Assembly: GCA_036229005.1 (NCBI GenBank)
Contig: JAZAMN010000024.1
Coordinates: 64,001 to 128,000, forward strand
DNA length: 64,000 bases
Direction of reading: 5' to 3'
Source of the DNA: Myxococcota bacterium
GTDB lineage: Bacteria > Myxococcota_A > UBA796 > CAJQPC01
A program made the position numbers and the translations under genes. Below the pieces are notes generated by a model that was not told the origin of the DNA, ran no database searches, and saw only the letters and a list, made by a program, of their open reading frames with translations. Shown here piece after piece: positions 1-9,116 of the stretch (position 1 is its first letter; each line of letters begins with the position of its first letter).

Positions 1-976
1 CGTGCAGCGCCAGGTTGAAGGTGCCCCAGTGCACGGGCATCAGCGTCTTGCCGCGCACCTGCCGGTGTACCGCAACCGCGTTGTCCGGGCCCAGGTGGAT
101 GTTGCCCCAGCGGGCGTTCCACGCGCCGGACTCGATCATCGTGAGGTCAAAGCCTCCGAAGCGGCGGCCGATCTCTTCGAAGCCCTCCGCGTAGGGCCCC
201 GTGTCGCCGGAGAACCACACCGAGTGGCGCGGCCCGACGATCGCCCAGGACGCCCAGAAGGTCGCCGTCGACGCCCCCGGTCCGCGGCCCGAGAAGTGTC
301 GGGAGGGCGTGGCCGTGATCTGGATGCCCTTGACCTCGGTCTCCTGCCACCAGCCCAGCTCTGTGATCCGGGAGGAGGGGATCCCCCAGGCCTCCAGATG
401 TGCGCCCACCCCCAGGGCCGTGATGAAGCGCGTGCCGCGCCCGGCCAGCTTGGTGATCGTGGGGTAGTCGAGGTGATCGTAGTGGTCGTGGGAGATGATC
501 ACGGCGTCCAGCGGCGGCAGCTTCTCCACCGGGACCGGCGCGGGGTGGAAGCGCTTGGGGCCCATCCAGGACACCGGCGCGGCGCGCGGACCGAACACTG
601 GGTCGGTGAGGATCAGCGCCCCGTCGATCTCGATGAGCTGCGCGCTGTGGCCCAGCCAGGTGATGCGCAGGTCCTCGCCCTGACCGGGGACCAGGCTGCC
701 CGTCTCCGGAGTCAGGATGGGGAAGTCCACCAGCGGCTCGCGCTCGACCTTGTCGGCCACGTACTCCCAGAGCAAGCCGCCGGGATCCTTGATCATCTGG
801 GGGGTCTCCACCGGGTTGGAGAAGCGCTTGCCGTCAAAGTGCGGGGAGTCCTGCAGCCGCTCCAGCCGCGCCCCGGCCACCTTGCCCCCCAGCGCAGCGA
901 GCCCCGCGCTGGCCCCGCAGGACTTCACCCCGGTGGCTTGGGCGAGGGGGTCGGGGAGGGTGGTGTCGCTGGACAT
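1..976 (-). CDS. MBL-fold metallo-hydrolase (RomA/NAPE-PLD-like), 3' end runs off the window
   Basis: Manual translation from ATG 976 (not in ORF track): ITWLGHS, LTDPVF, SHDHYDHLD, PSRHFSGR, FSGDTG, MPVHWGTF. Confidence 0.9.
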   Translation of the reverse strand, partial: MSSDTTLPDPLAQATGVKSCGASAGLAALGGKVAGARLERLQDSPHFDGKRFSNPVETPQMIKDPGGLLWEYVADKVEREPLVDFPILTPETGSLVPGQGEDLRITWLGHSAQLIEIDGALILTDPVFGPRAAPVSWMGPKRFHPAPVPVEKLPPLDAVIISHDHYDHLDYPTITKLAGRGTRFITALGVGAHLEAWGIPSSRITELGWWQETEVKGIQITATPSRHFSGRGPGASTATFWASWAIVGPRHSVWFSGDTGPYAEGFEEIGRRFGGFDLTMIESGAWNARWGNIHLGPDNAVAVHRQVRGKTLMPVHWGTFNLALH

Positions 977-1041
977 GGGGGGCTCCGGTGGTGGCGTGGG
1001 GGAGAGGATGTCCACGGATTCGGCGGCGTCCAGGCGGGGCT

Positions 1042-1731
1042 TCAGTTTGGGGCCTCCGAGAGTTCAAGCAGGCGTGCTCTCAGGATCTGCGCCCGCCCCG
1101 GGCTGGACGCATTCCCTGCCAGGATGTCCCTTGCATCTGGCCGGGCCAGCAGCTCCTTTGCCCACTCCCGGAGGTGTTGGGCAACGGCTTCGGGGGCGGC
1201 TGCGACCTGGTGGGCAAAGGACGGTAGCCCGTCCACCAGCGCGAGGAGGTCCTCGAGATCGGGCGCCCCGTACCAGTCCAGCGCTCCATCCAGACCCCCC
1301 CGATTCCGGAAGGCGTCGATCTTGGCTGCCGCAAAGTAGACCGGAGACAGCATTGCGATCTGGCGCCCCGTTGGCAGCTCGACCCGGGCCGGGTTGCTGC
1401 TCCCTGGCTGAAACCAGCGATTGTCGGTGCCCACGCCGTGGTCTGGACACGGCATCAGGTCTACCGGAACGTCCTCGCGCCAAAGGCGACACATCGGACT
1501 CTCCTCGGACAGCCTGTCTTCGTACCCGAGCCGTCGGAGCCCCGCCTGCAGGCCCTGGTATTCGGAAAGGTCTCCGACCAGCACAATCACGTCAACGTCT
1601 TTCGTCTGCCGGAGGACGCCGCGGACTGCAGAGTCCGTGACCAGCAGCGGGAGCGTGCTGGCTCCCGTGAAGACTCCGCGGAAGCCCAGCCGCTCCAGGT
1701 CAGCTGCCACTGCATCAATGAAGGCCAACAT
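1042..1731 (-). CDS. Predicted nucleotidyltransferase (AbiEii-like)
   Basis: VFTGAS...RQTKDVDVIV, KIDAFRNRG, DLEDL motifs; TGATG overlap with the upstream gene. Confidence 0.7.
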   Translation of the reverse strand: MLAFIDAVAADLERLGFRGVFTGASTLPLLVTDSAVRGVLRQTKDVDVIVLVGDLSEYQGLQAGLRRLGYEDRLSEESPMCRLWREDVPVDLMPCPDHGVGTDNRWFQPGSSNPARVELPTGRQIAMLSPVYFAAAKIDAFRNRGGLDGALDWYGAPDLEDLLALVDGLPSFAHQVAAAPEAVAQHLREWAKELLARPDARDILAGNASSPGRAQILRARLLELSEAPN

Positions 1732-2285
1732 CAGCCCGCGTACCCCCACTCCCTCAAGATGGACATCGCCTCTCGCTTGTCCCGGGCACGACCTATTCGC
1801 AGCGTGTCGACCAGCGCAAGGAGTTCGTGAAGGCGGCCGTTGTACCTGGGATCACCAGGGACACAGCTTCCCTTGCGCAGGACGCAAGGATGGAGGGGCG
1901 CGAGCGCCGCGCCGAGCTGCTCCCCGGAGGGGTGAGGCCAGACCATCGTGACCTCACTCTGGAGGACCTCTCGCAGGGGCGAGGTGGACCAGGCGGTCGG
2001 GACTCCCCGATGAGGGCCGGGACCCGGGCCGGACTCCGCGTACAACCAGCGAGGGACGGCGTGTAGCAGCAGCTCCCCCAGGGCCTTGGCCGGGACCCAG
2101 AGTGGCTCTCCGGCTGCGCTGTGTACGAGCCCGGCTGACCGCAGCCTGTCGACGCTGGCGTGTCCCTGTGAAGCGCTGAGGCCGGTGTGGCCTGCCAAGC
2201 CTGCGTAGGTCCAGACCGGACTCGGCTGCTGGAGCGTATAGGTTCGGAGCTGGAGGAGAACGACGACGTCTTGGGGGCGGAGCAT
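1731..2285 (-). CDS. Winged-HTH protein, putative antitoxin/regulator partner of the nucleotidyltransferase
   Basis: MLRPQDVVVLL, HTH-like WTYAGLAGHTGLSASQGHASVDRL, RGVPTAWS, LLALVDTLRIGRARD. Confidence 0.7.
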   Translation of the reverse strand: MLRPQDVVVLLQLRTYTLQQPSPVWTYAGLAGHTGLSASQGHASVDRLRSAGLVHSAAGEPLWVPAKALGELLLHAVPRWLYAESGPGPGPHRGVPTAWSTSPLREVLQSEVTMVWPHPSGEQLGAALAPLHPCVLRKGSCVPGDPRYNGRLHELLALVDTLRIGRARDKREAMSILREWGYAG

Positions 2286-2342
2286 GAAGGCATTCTATAT
2301 TCCAGAATAAAGAATGCCCAACAAATCAGCGAACCCTGACCC

Positions 2343-3359
2343 TCAAACCTCCACCCGATCAAAGTTGCAGTTCAACAAGTTGCAGCTCCGCTCACAGCGG
2401 CTCACCTCCCAGCGCCGCCGCAGCGTCTCCGGCGCGTCCCAGATGGCCGCCAGGGGCGCCATGTCGAACACGGTGGCCACGGGCTCCAGGAAGTAGCAGA
2501 GCCGGATGTTGCCCTGGGGGTCGAAGCTCAGGTCGCTGTGGCCGGCCTTGCAGGTCAGGCCGTTGAAGGTCACCGGGTCCCGGAAGTAGGCCTTCATGGC
2601 GGCGAGCTGGCCCACGGCGTTGCACACGGGGCCGCCCTGGCGGCGCTCGGCGATCAGCAGGTCCAGGGCGGCGTCGATGGCCTCCAGGTCGTGGGGCCAC
2701 AGGGGCGACTCGCGGAACCAGTGGGGGTCGTACTCCACGTCGCCGAAGTTCTGGTAGAGGGGCTGGAGGACGAGCTGGTAGCCCCGCTCGCGGACAAAGC
2801 GCAGCAGCGCGGGGATCTCGGGCGCGTTGTCCCGCGTCAGGATGCAGGTGACGACCACCCGGGGGCTGGGGTGGGCGTCCAGCAGGTCAAAGCACGCCAT
2901 GCACTTGTCGAAAGACCCAGCCCGACCTCGGCTGCGGTCCACGGTCTCAGGTGTGATGCCGTCCATGCTGACGTAGGCGGTGGACACCCCAGCTTCCGAG
3001 AGCTGCGCAGCCCGCTTCTCCGTCATCAGCCAGGCGTTGGTGTTGAAGGTGACCTCGTTGCCGAGCTGCACCGCCCGGGCCATGAGCTGCTCCAGGTCCT
3101 TGCGCAGCAGGGGCTCGCCGCCCACAAAGTTGATGGCCGCGGGGCCGACCCACTGGGCCAGACGGTCCAGGGTGTCCAGCCAGACCTGGGTGGGCAGGTC
3201 CACCGTGTCGTTCTTCCAGATGTCGCAGTGCAGGCAGGGCAGGAAGCAGCGGTCGGTGACCGAGAGGTGGATCTGCGTGGGCTTGCCGGGGGCGCGGCGC
3301 AGACGGAGCTGGTCCAGGGCCTTGTTGAAGACCTTGGTGCCGCCCAGTCGCAGGCTCAC
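2343..3359 (-). CDS. Radical SAM protein with C-terminal SPASM/twitch domain
   Basis: CFLPCLHC, GGEPLL, NTNA, VSMDG, C-terminal CKAG...GNIRLC...CERSC..LNC. Confidence 0.9.
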   Translation of the reverse strand: MSLRLGGTKVFNKALDQLRLRRAPGKPTQIHLSVTDRCFLPCLHCDIWKNDTVDLPTQVWLDTLDRLAQWVGPAAINFVGGEPLLRKDLEQLMARAVQLGNEVTFNTNAWLMTEKRAAQLSEAGVSTAYVSMDGITPETVDRSRGRAGSFDKCMACFDLLDAHPSPRVVVTCILTRDNAPEIPALLRFVRERGYQLVLQPLYQNFGDVEYDPHWFRESPLWPHDLEAIDAALDLLIAERRQGGPVCNAVGQLAAMKAYFRDPVTFNGLTCKAGHSDLSFDPQGNIRLCYFLEPVATVFDMAPLAAIWDAPETLRRRWEVSRCERSCNLLNCNFDRVEV

Positions 3360-4447
3360 CGTCCCGCCTTGTGGGCGTCGATCTCCACCGCGCTGATGTC
3401 AGCGTGGTTCGAGGAGCGGGGGATGAAGCAGGACGCGCACAGAGGCATGCCCTGGTAGTCCCCCTGGGCGACTTTCTCGCGCCGGGCGTCCAGCGCGCCG
3501 CCCCACCAGAGCTGCGAGAAGGGGGTGTCCGACAGGTTGCCCACCGCGTTCTCCAGCAGGTTGTCGCGGGTGCACACGGTCAGGCGGCCGTCCCAGGCGA
3601 CCACCGGGCTCTTCCAGTAGCCGCTGCAGGGCGCCAGGTTCTGGGCCTTGAGCTGGGTGGGGGCGCGGTCTTCGCGGGGGAGCGCCAGGCGCTGTTCGGC
3701 CATGGCCCGCCGGAACACCGCGTTCTCCTGGGCCTGCAGCTCGGCGGTGGGGCAGTCGAGCTGGCGGAAGTACACGATGGCGTCATCACCCGGGGGCACG
3801 TGCTGGGCAGCGGTGCGAACGGGCAGGCCCAGGCGGCGGCACTCGCCTTCCCAGAACTGGCGGAAGGCGCCGACCTCGTGGACGTTGTTGGAGCCCACGA
3901 TGAACTGGAACACCGGGCGCGGCCACGGCGCCTGCAGGCGGGCCTTCTCGGCCAGGAAGGCGCGCAGGTTGGCCTGGACCTTGTCAAAGCGGTCGCGGCC
4001 CTTGACCGGCGTGTAGGTCTGCTGGCTGATGGCATCCAGGGAGAAGTGCCAGACCTGGGGGACGGGGCTGCGGTTGAGGCTGCCGGCGATGCGCGCGGCG
4101 TCCAGGTGGGTGGCGTTGCTGTGGACCTCGATCTTGTCGAAGATCCCGTGGCGCTGGGCCGCGCGCAGGGCCCCCCGGTAGATCGCGCCAAAGTGTGGGT
4201 GCAGCAGCGGCTCGCCCAGCCAGAACAGGATCAGCGTCGTAAAGCGCGCGCCCACCGCCGCCAGGTCGTCGAAGAGGTCCAGGGCGAGCTGGGGATCCAG
4301 GCGCCCGAGCTGCGCGTGGTGGGGGTGCGCCGGACCTTCGGCCACCGAGCAGTGCACGCAGGCCAGCGAGCAGCGGTTGGTGAGCTCCAGGACCAGGTAG
4401 GAGCCCGGCAGGTGGACGGGCCGCGCCGATGCCGGCTTGTCGTTCAC
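3356..4447 (-). CDS. Radical SAM/SPASM protein
   Basis: GTG start overlapping the upstream TGA; ELTNRCSLACVHC, WLGEPLLHP, SPASM CSGYW..DGRLTVC..GNL..CASC. Confidence 0.9.
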   Translation of the reverse strand: MNDKPASARPVHLPGSYLVLELTNRCSLACVHCSVAEGPAHPHHAQLGRLDPQLALDLFDDLAAVGARFTTLILFWLGEPLLHPHFGAIYRGALRAAQRHGIFDKIEVHSNATHLDAARIAGSLNRSPVPQVWHFSLDAISQQTYTPVKGRDRFDKVQANLRAFLAEKARLQAPWPRPVFQFIVGSNNVHEVGAFRQFWEGECRRLGLPVRTAAQHVPPGDDAIVYFRQLDCPTAELQAQENAVFRRAMAEQRLALPREDRAPTQLKAQNLAPCSGYWKSPVVAWDGRLTVCTRDNLLENAVGNLSDTPFSQLWWGGALDARREKVAQGDYQGMPLCASCFIPRSSNHADISAVEIDAHKAGR

Positions 4448-4872
4448 GGCGCCGCGCAGGCCATGTCGATGCAGGCGCGGGTGGTCTTGCCCGCCTGCAC
4501 CGCCAGATCGAACTCCGTCGCGCACAGATAGGACGACTGGTAGGTGCTGATCTTGATGCGCCAGTTTCCGGCGCCCAGGCGCTCGGTGAAGTTGCCGTCC
4601 GCGTCGCTGCGCCCGCGCTGGGCGGTGCCGCCCACGTCCCGGTTCTCGATCAGGTAGTCCACAAAGCCCACGTACTGCGGGTCGTTGTAGTCCACGACCA
4701 CGTCCGTCATCAGGCGGCCCAGCACCAGCCCAGAGGACGCGTCGCCGTCGCCCTCTTCGACCTGGATGGTGTCGAACTCCGCCGCCGTGGTGCAGGACTC
4801 CTGGATCTCCAGGCCCGTGTCCACGGAGGTGGTGTCGTCGGTGGTGCAGGCGAGAAGGAGCATCCAGAGCAT
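4444..4872 (-). CDS. Small lipoprotein, probable beta-sandwich fold
   Basis: MLWMLLLAC lipobox; SDADGNFTERLGAGNWRI. Confidence 0.7.
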   Translation of the reverse strand: MLWMLLLACTTDDTTSVDTGLEIQESCTTAAEFDTIQVEEGDGDASSGLVLGRLMTDVVVDYNDPQYVGFVDYLIENRDVGGTAQRGRSDADGNFTERLGAGNWRIKISTYQSSYLCATEFDLAVQAGKTTRACIDMACAAP

Positions 4873-4912
4873 GGGGGGATTCTACCCCAGGGGCGCGTGC
4901 TACCGTCCACCC

Positions 4913-5974
4913 ATGTCCGCGCCCGCCGCCATCGCCGCCCGGATCCGGCAGTGGGAGGCCCAGGGCCCCCAGGGCCCCATGACCCTGGAGCTCTACCCCA
5001 CGCTCAAGTGCAACCTGGACTGCCGCTTCTGCGACACCACGGAGCGCCACCAGCCCCGCCAGCGCGAGCTGCCCCTGTCCAAGCACCTGGAGCTGCTGGA
5101 CCAGGCCGCCGAGATGGGGGTGCAGCGCGTGTTCATCCTGGGCGGCGGCGAGCCCCTGGTCGCCCGGGACCTGACCCCCGCCATCATGCGCCGGGTCAAG
5201 GAGCTCGGCATGGAGGGCGTGCTCACCACCAACGGCACCATCCTCCCCGACAGCCTGCTGCGCCAGCTCATCGAGACCGGCTGGGACGAGATCCACGTCT
5301 CCATCGACGGGGCCACCGCCGCGGTCCACGACGACCTGCGGGGCACTCCGGGGGCCTTCCGCAAGACCGTCCGCAACCTCTGCCGTCTGCGCGTCGCCCG
5401 CGAGCAGGCCGGCCAGCACACCCCGCGCCTGGCCATCCACAGCGTGCTCACCAACCTCAACTACCGGCAGCTCCCGGAGCTCGTGCGTCTGGCCGCCGCC
5501 CTGGGCTGCTTCCGCCTGGATGTGGACGGCCTGATCGCCTACCGCCCCGAGCAGAAGGTCCTGGAGCTCAGCGCCCAGCAGCAGCAGGAGCTGACGGGGA
5601 TCGCCGCGCAGGCCCACGCCTTGGCCCAACGCCTGGACATCGCGTCCACCCTGGATCTCTACACCCGCGTCCACCAGCGAGGTCAGGCTGTCCCAGACCT
5701 CCCCCAGAGCTCGGGGACCGGCCTTGAGCACGCCCCCTGCCTCAAGGCCTGGCACTACCTGGTGGTCCAGGCCGATGGGCGCACCAGCCCCTGCTGCGTG
5801 CTCGCCGGAGAAGGGGAGAGCGTGGCCGACACCAGCCTGTCCTCGCTGTGGGAGCAGAGCCCCTTCCTCAATGCCGTGCGCCAAGGCATGCTCAAGGGTG
5901 AGCCCCTGGCCCGCTGCGCGGAGTGCTCGCCCAACATCCTCGCCCACGAACGCGAGATCCGCGCGGCGCTGTGA
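4913..5974 (+). CDS. Radical SAM/SPASM protein
   Basis: CNLDCRFC, GGGEP, TTNG, VSIDG, CLKAW..DGRTSPCC..CAEC. Confidence 0.9.
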   Translation: MSAPAAIAARIRQWEAQGPQGPMTLELYPTLKCNLDCRFCDTTERHQPRQRELPLSKHLELLDQAAEMGVQRVFILGGGEPLVARDLTPAIMRRVKELGMEGVLTTNGTILPDSLLRQLIETGWDEIHVSIDGATAAVHDDLRGTPGAFRKTVRNLCRLRVAREQAGQHTPRLAIHSVLTNLNYRQLPELVRLAAALGCFRLDVDGLIAYRPEQKVLELSAQQQQELTGIAAQAHALAQRLDIASTLDLYTRVHQRGQAVPDLPQSSGTGLEHAPCLKAWHYLVVQADGRTSPCCVLAGEGESVADTSLSSLWEQSPFLNAVRQGMLKGEPLARCAECSPNILAHEREIRAAL

Positions 5975-6005
5975 GCCCCAGCCCCTCCTCTCCCCCCTGG
6001 ACCCC

Positions 6006-6773
6006 ATGATCAACGTCAACCTGGAGCTCACGGACCACTGCAACCTGCGCTGCGGGATGTGCAGCCAGTCCCTGCGGGACGAAGCCCACGGCGCCCCCCA
6101 CCGCTTCATGGCCTGGGAGACCTGGGTGGCCCTGCTGGAGGGCCTGGCCGGGATGGAGGAGCCGGTGCACCTGTGCCCGCACTGGCTGGGGGAGCCGACC
6201 CTGCACCCCCGCTTCGAGGAGTTCGTGGAGTACGCCTTCGCGGTCAACACCGGCGGGCGGCTCTTCGCGGAGTTCAAGCTCCACACCAACGCGGTGATCT
6301 TCGACCGGGCGCGCTCGCTGCGGCTGCTGCGGCTGGCCAACGCGCCCCACGTGCCCCAGGGCTGCTTCCGCTCCATCCACTTCTCGGTGGACGCCTTCTC
6401 GGCCCAGTCCTACCTGGCGGTCAAGGGCGCGGACAAGCGGGCGCGGGTCTACCGGAACGTCGAGGCCTTCTTGCGCCAGCGGGCGGAGCTGGGGCTGCGC
6501 TACCCCAAGGCGCACATCGCGTTCGTGGTGCAGGAGGGCAACGCCCACGAGGCCCGGGAGTACCTGGCCCACTGGGGGGGGCTGTTGGAGCAGCTCGGCG
6601 CGGACTACGATGTGGGCTGGGACTGGCCCAACCCGGAGCGTGACGCCATCTACTTCCGACCGTTGAACTCCGGGGATCAGGACGCGGCCGACCGGCTGCA
6701 CGCCCGGGTGTGCAGGGAGCTGGGGCTGGTCGACGGGGACAGCGAGCGGCTGCGGGCCGCGGGGAGCTTCTGA
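6006..6773 (+). CDS. Radical SAM core protein lacking a SPASM domain
   Basis: ELTDHCNLRCGMC, WLGEPTLHP, HTNA, HFSVDA; no C-terminal Cys cluster. Confidence 0.88.
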   Translation: MINVNLELTDHCNLRCGMCSQSLRDEAHGAPHRFMAWETWVALLEGLAGMEEPVHLCPHWLGEPTLHPRFEEFVEYAFAVNTGGRLFAEFKLHTNAVIFDRARSLRLLRLANAPHVPQGCFRSIHFSVDAFSAQSYLAVKGADKRARVYRNVEAFLRQRAELGLRYPKAHIAFVVQEGNAHEAREYLAHWGGLLEQLGADYDVGWDWPNPERDAIYFRPLNSGDQDAADRLHARVCRELGLVDGDSERLRAAGSF

Positions 6774-7453
6774 TGGGGCTGTGGATCTGGCTTGTGGGCT
6801 GCGCGCCCGGGACCGTGGAGACCGCCTACGGCAGCGACGAGCTGCACACCGCCTGGTACGTCGTTGTGCCCGGGGACTCCGACTACGACCAGGCGCTGCT
6901 GCTGCTGTCCAACTCGCAGATCGGCTGCGATGCCTCGTCGCTGGACTTCACGCCCGATGTGTTCGGCGGGGACACGGGCTGGGACACCGGGGGCTCGGAC
7001 AGCGGGCTGCTCTCCGACCGCCTGAACGTCTCCGAGCAGCTCAGCATCGCGCTGAACCGGGAGAACAGCCGCATCGTGCTGCTGGAGCTGGTGCGCTTCG
7101 GGCAGGAGGGCTGGAAGGGCTACTACCCCCTCAGCGGGGCCCAGAGCGGCGAGGTGCTGGACCTGGCCAACCCGCGCGTGGCGCACGCCGACTACTACGG
7201 CGTGAATGAGGCCATCGCGGTGCTCGATGACGGCCTGCTGCGGGAGTACCAGGTCACGGACTTTGACGTGGCGCGGAACATCGACGCGCCGGGCTCGGTG
7301 GAGATCACCGGGACCCGAGGCGCCACCCTGCGCGGGCGCTTCAACCTGGATCCGGTGGACGTCTCCGGGCGCTTCCGGGCCAAGCAGTGCTCCGTTGAAT
7401 ATTCGGACAGCGTCATGGCGTATCTGCAGAGCCTGCTCTCGCTGAACCTCTGA
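6773..7453 (+). CDS. Hypothetical lipoprotein
   Basis: MGLWIWLVGC lipobox; TGATG coupling to the upstream gene. Confidence 0.7.
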   Translation: MGLWIWLVGCAPGTVETAYGSDELHTAWYVVVPGDSDYDQALLLLSNSQIGCDASSLDFTPDVFGGDTGWDTGGSDSGLLSDRLNVSEQLSIALNRENSRIVLLELVRFGQEGWKGYYPLSGAQSGEVLDLANPRVAHADYYGVNEAIAVLDDGLLREYQVTDFDVARNIDAPGSVEITGTRGATLRGRFNLDPVDVSGRFRAKQCSVEYSDSVMAYLQSLLSLNL

Positions 7454-7466
7454 TCTGGAGTCCCTC

Positions 7467-8759
7467 GTGGACGCTGTCGCGACCGCTGTTGCCCTCTCCC
7501 TCTTCCCCAGCCTGGACTACCGCTCCGTGTCGGCGGGGCCCTACGTCTACACCCAGGGGCGCGCCCCGGTCCTGGCGGACGGGGTGCCCGAGTTCAACAG
7601 CCGCGGCCTGGAGCTGCACACCCGCCGGGTCTGGTGGACCGAAGACCAGCTCGTCGACCAGAGCGAGCGCGGCTCCTTCTCCGAGAGCCGCCTGCGGCTG
7701 ACCCAGGACGCCAGCGGGGCCGTGCACATCGACGCCCTGGAGCTGGAGAGCCGCCTGCTTGAGCTGCGCATCCGCCCCGAGATGGGCGACCAGTTCTCCA
7801 TGGGCCTGTTCGGCGGCCACTACAACCAGGTGCTGCTGGCCAAGGACAGCGGCCGCGCCCAGCTCTTGGTCTACAGCCCCCAGACCCTGACCCTGCTGGG
7901 CCTCTCCAAGTCCGACATGGGCACGGACGCCATGCGCTACTACGCCGAGGTCGGCACGGGCCTGGGCGGAGATCTGATCGTGCGCGCCGCGGGCCCCGTG
8001 AGCCTGCACCTGCGCGCCGAGGCCGAGGGGACCGCGCGCCGCCGTCGGGAGCGCACGACCGTCGACTACACCGTGCGCGGGGGCGGCAACGAGCTGCACC
8101 ACAGCACCCGCCAGGAGCTCACCCTGGAGGCCGAGGCCGGCCTGGGCTGGAAGCAGGACAGGCGCCTGTGGATGGTGGATGTCTGGGGGCAGCACGTCAC
8201 GCAGTGGGAGCCCTGGGACGAGGGCGGGGCGGACGGCATGGACCGCCAGTACATGGCCGTCGGCGCCAAGCTCACCGGGCGCTTCTACAAGGAGAGCGAC
8301 CCCGGCCCCGAGTTCAGCGACATCGAGCTGCAGGAGATGCTCGAGACCATCCAGCGCCAGCGCGACGAAGAGGACGCTGCGCCTCCGCCCCCGCCGCCCC
8401 CCACCGAGCCCGAGCCCCAGCCGATGCTGCCCCAGGAGGTGCACTGGTCTGAGCTGGAGTTCTTGGATCAACCCATGCCCGTCTGGCCCGCCGGCACTCC
8501 CGACGACTTCGAGTGCGAGGTCCAGGTGTTCATCGACACCACCGGCGTGCCCTTCCTGGTCGAGCCCACCGTCTGCCCCTCGCCCCTGGTCGAGGTCTCC
8601 GTGGACGCTGCCGAGCAGTGGCGGGTCACCCCCGTCGCGGACGCCGAGGACACCATCTCCGCGCGCTTCCGCTACACGCTCACCACCGCCGAGGTCGAGA
8701 TCGAGGCGCTGGCCCCGATGGAGGACACCGGCGCCCCGGCGACGGAGCAAAGCGAGTAG
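7467..8759 (+). CDS. Hypothetical protein: beta-barrel-like region, Pro-rich linker, TonB-C-like C-terminal domain
   Basis: Alternating strand pattern; PPPPPPPTEPEPQP; PVWP...CEVQVFIDTTGVP...AAEQWRVTP. Confidence 0.6.
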   Translation: MDAVATAVALSLFPSLDYRSVSAGPYVYTQGRAPVLADGVPEFNSRGLELHTRRVWWTEDQLVDQSERGSFSESRLRLTQDASGAVHIDALELESRLLELRIRPEMGDQFSMGLFGGHYNQVLLAKDSGRAQLLVYSPQTLTLLGLSKSDMGTDAMRYYAEVGTGLGGDLIVRAAGPVSLHLRAEAEGTARRRRERTTVDYTVRGGGNELHHSTRQELTLEAEAGLGWKQDRRLWMVDVWGQHVTQWEPWDEGGADGMDRQYMAVGAKLTGRFYKESDPGPEFSDIELQEMLETIQRQRDEEDAAPPPPPPPTEPEPQPMLPQEVHWSELEFLDQPMPVWPAGTPDDFECEVQVFIDTTGVPFLVEPTVCPSPLVEVSVDAAEQWRVTPVADAEDTISARFRYTLTTAEVEIEALAPMEDTGAPATEQSE

Positions 8760-8771
8760 ACTCAGCGGGCG

Positions 8772-9116
8772 ATGAGTTCTGAGTCCCGCCCCCCCTGCGC
8801 CGGCCTGTGGAGCACGCCGATGGTCCACGTCGACGGCGACGTGACCGTGTGCTGTCTGGACGAGCACCTGGAGAACCGCCTGGGCAACCTGCGCCAGACC
8901 CCGCTGGCCGAGCTCTGGCAGGGGCCCCAGGTGCAGAGCTGGCGGCGCGCCCACGTGCGCGGAGACTTCCAGGACTCCGGCCCTCTGTGCACCCGCTGCA
9001 ACTGGCGCTCCGCCGGCGCCGCCCCTGACAGCGTGGTCGAGGCCTGGCTGGAGCGGCACGGGGACCCCGAGCTCAGGGAGCGCTGGCGGCAGCGCAAGGG
9101 GAAGATCCGGTCGTGA
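8772..9116 (+). CDS. Stand-alone SPASM (Fe-S) domain protein
   Basis: CAGLWSTPMVHVDGDVTVCC..LGNL..LAELW..CTRC. Confidence 0.85.
   Translation: MSSESRPPCAGLWSTPMVHVDGDVTVCCLDEHLENRLGNLRQTPLAELWQGPQVQSWRRAHVRGDFQDSGPLCTRCNWRSAGAAPDSVVEAWLERHGDPELRERWRQRKGKIRS

Noticed and set aside
3356..6376. 1006-aa ORF as a single protein
   Set aside because: Only 3356-4447 has radical SAM motifs; the rest overlaps real genes in other frames or strands
2343..9116. RiPP cluster interpretation of the radical SAM/SPASM genes
   Set aside because: No precursor peptide, RRE/PqqD domain or peptidase-exporter seen; genes are tightly packed
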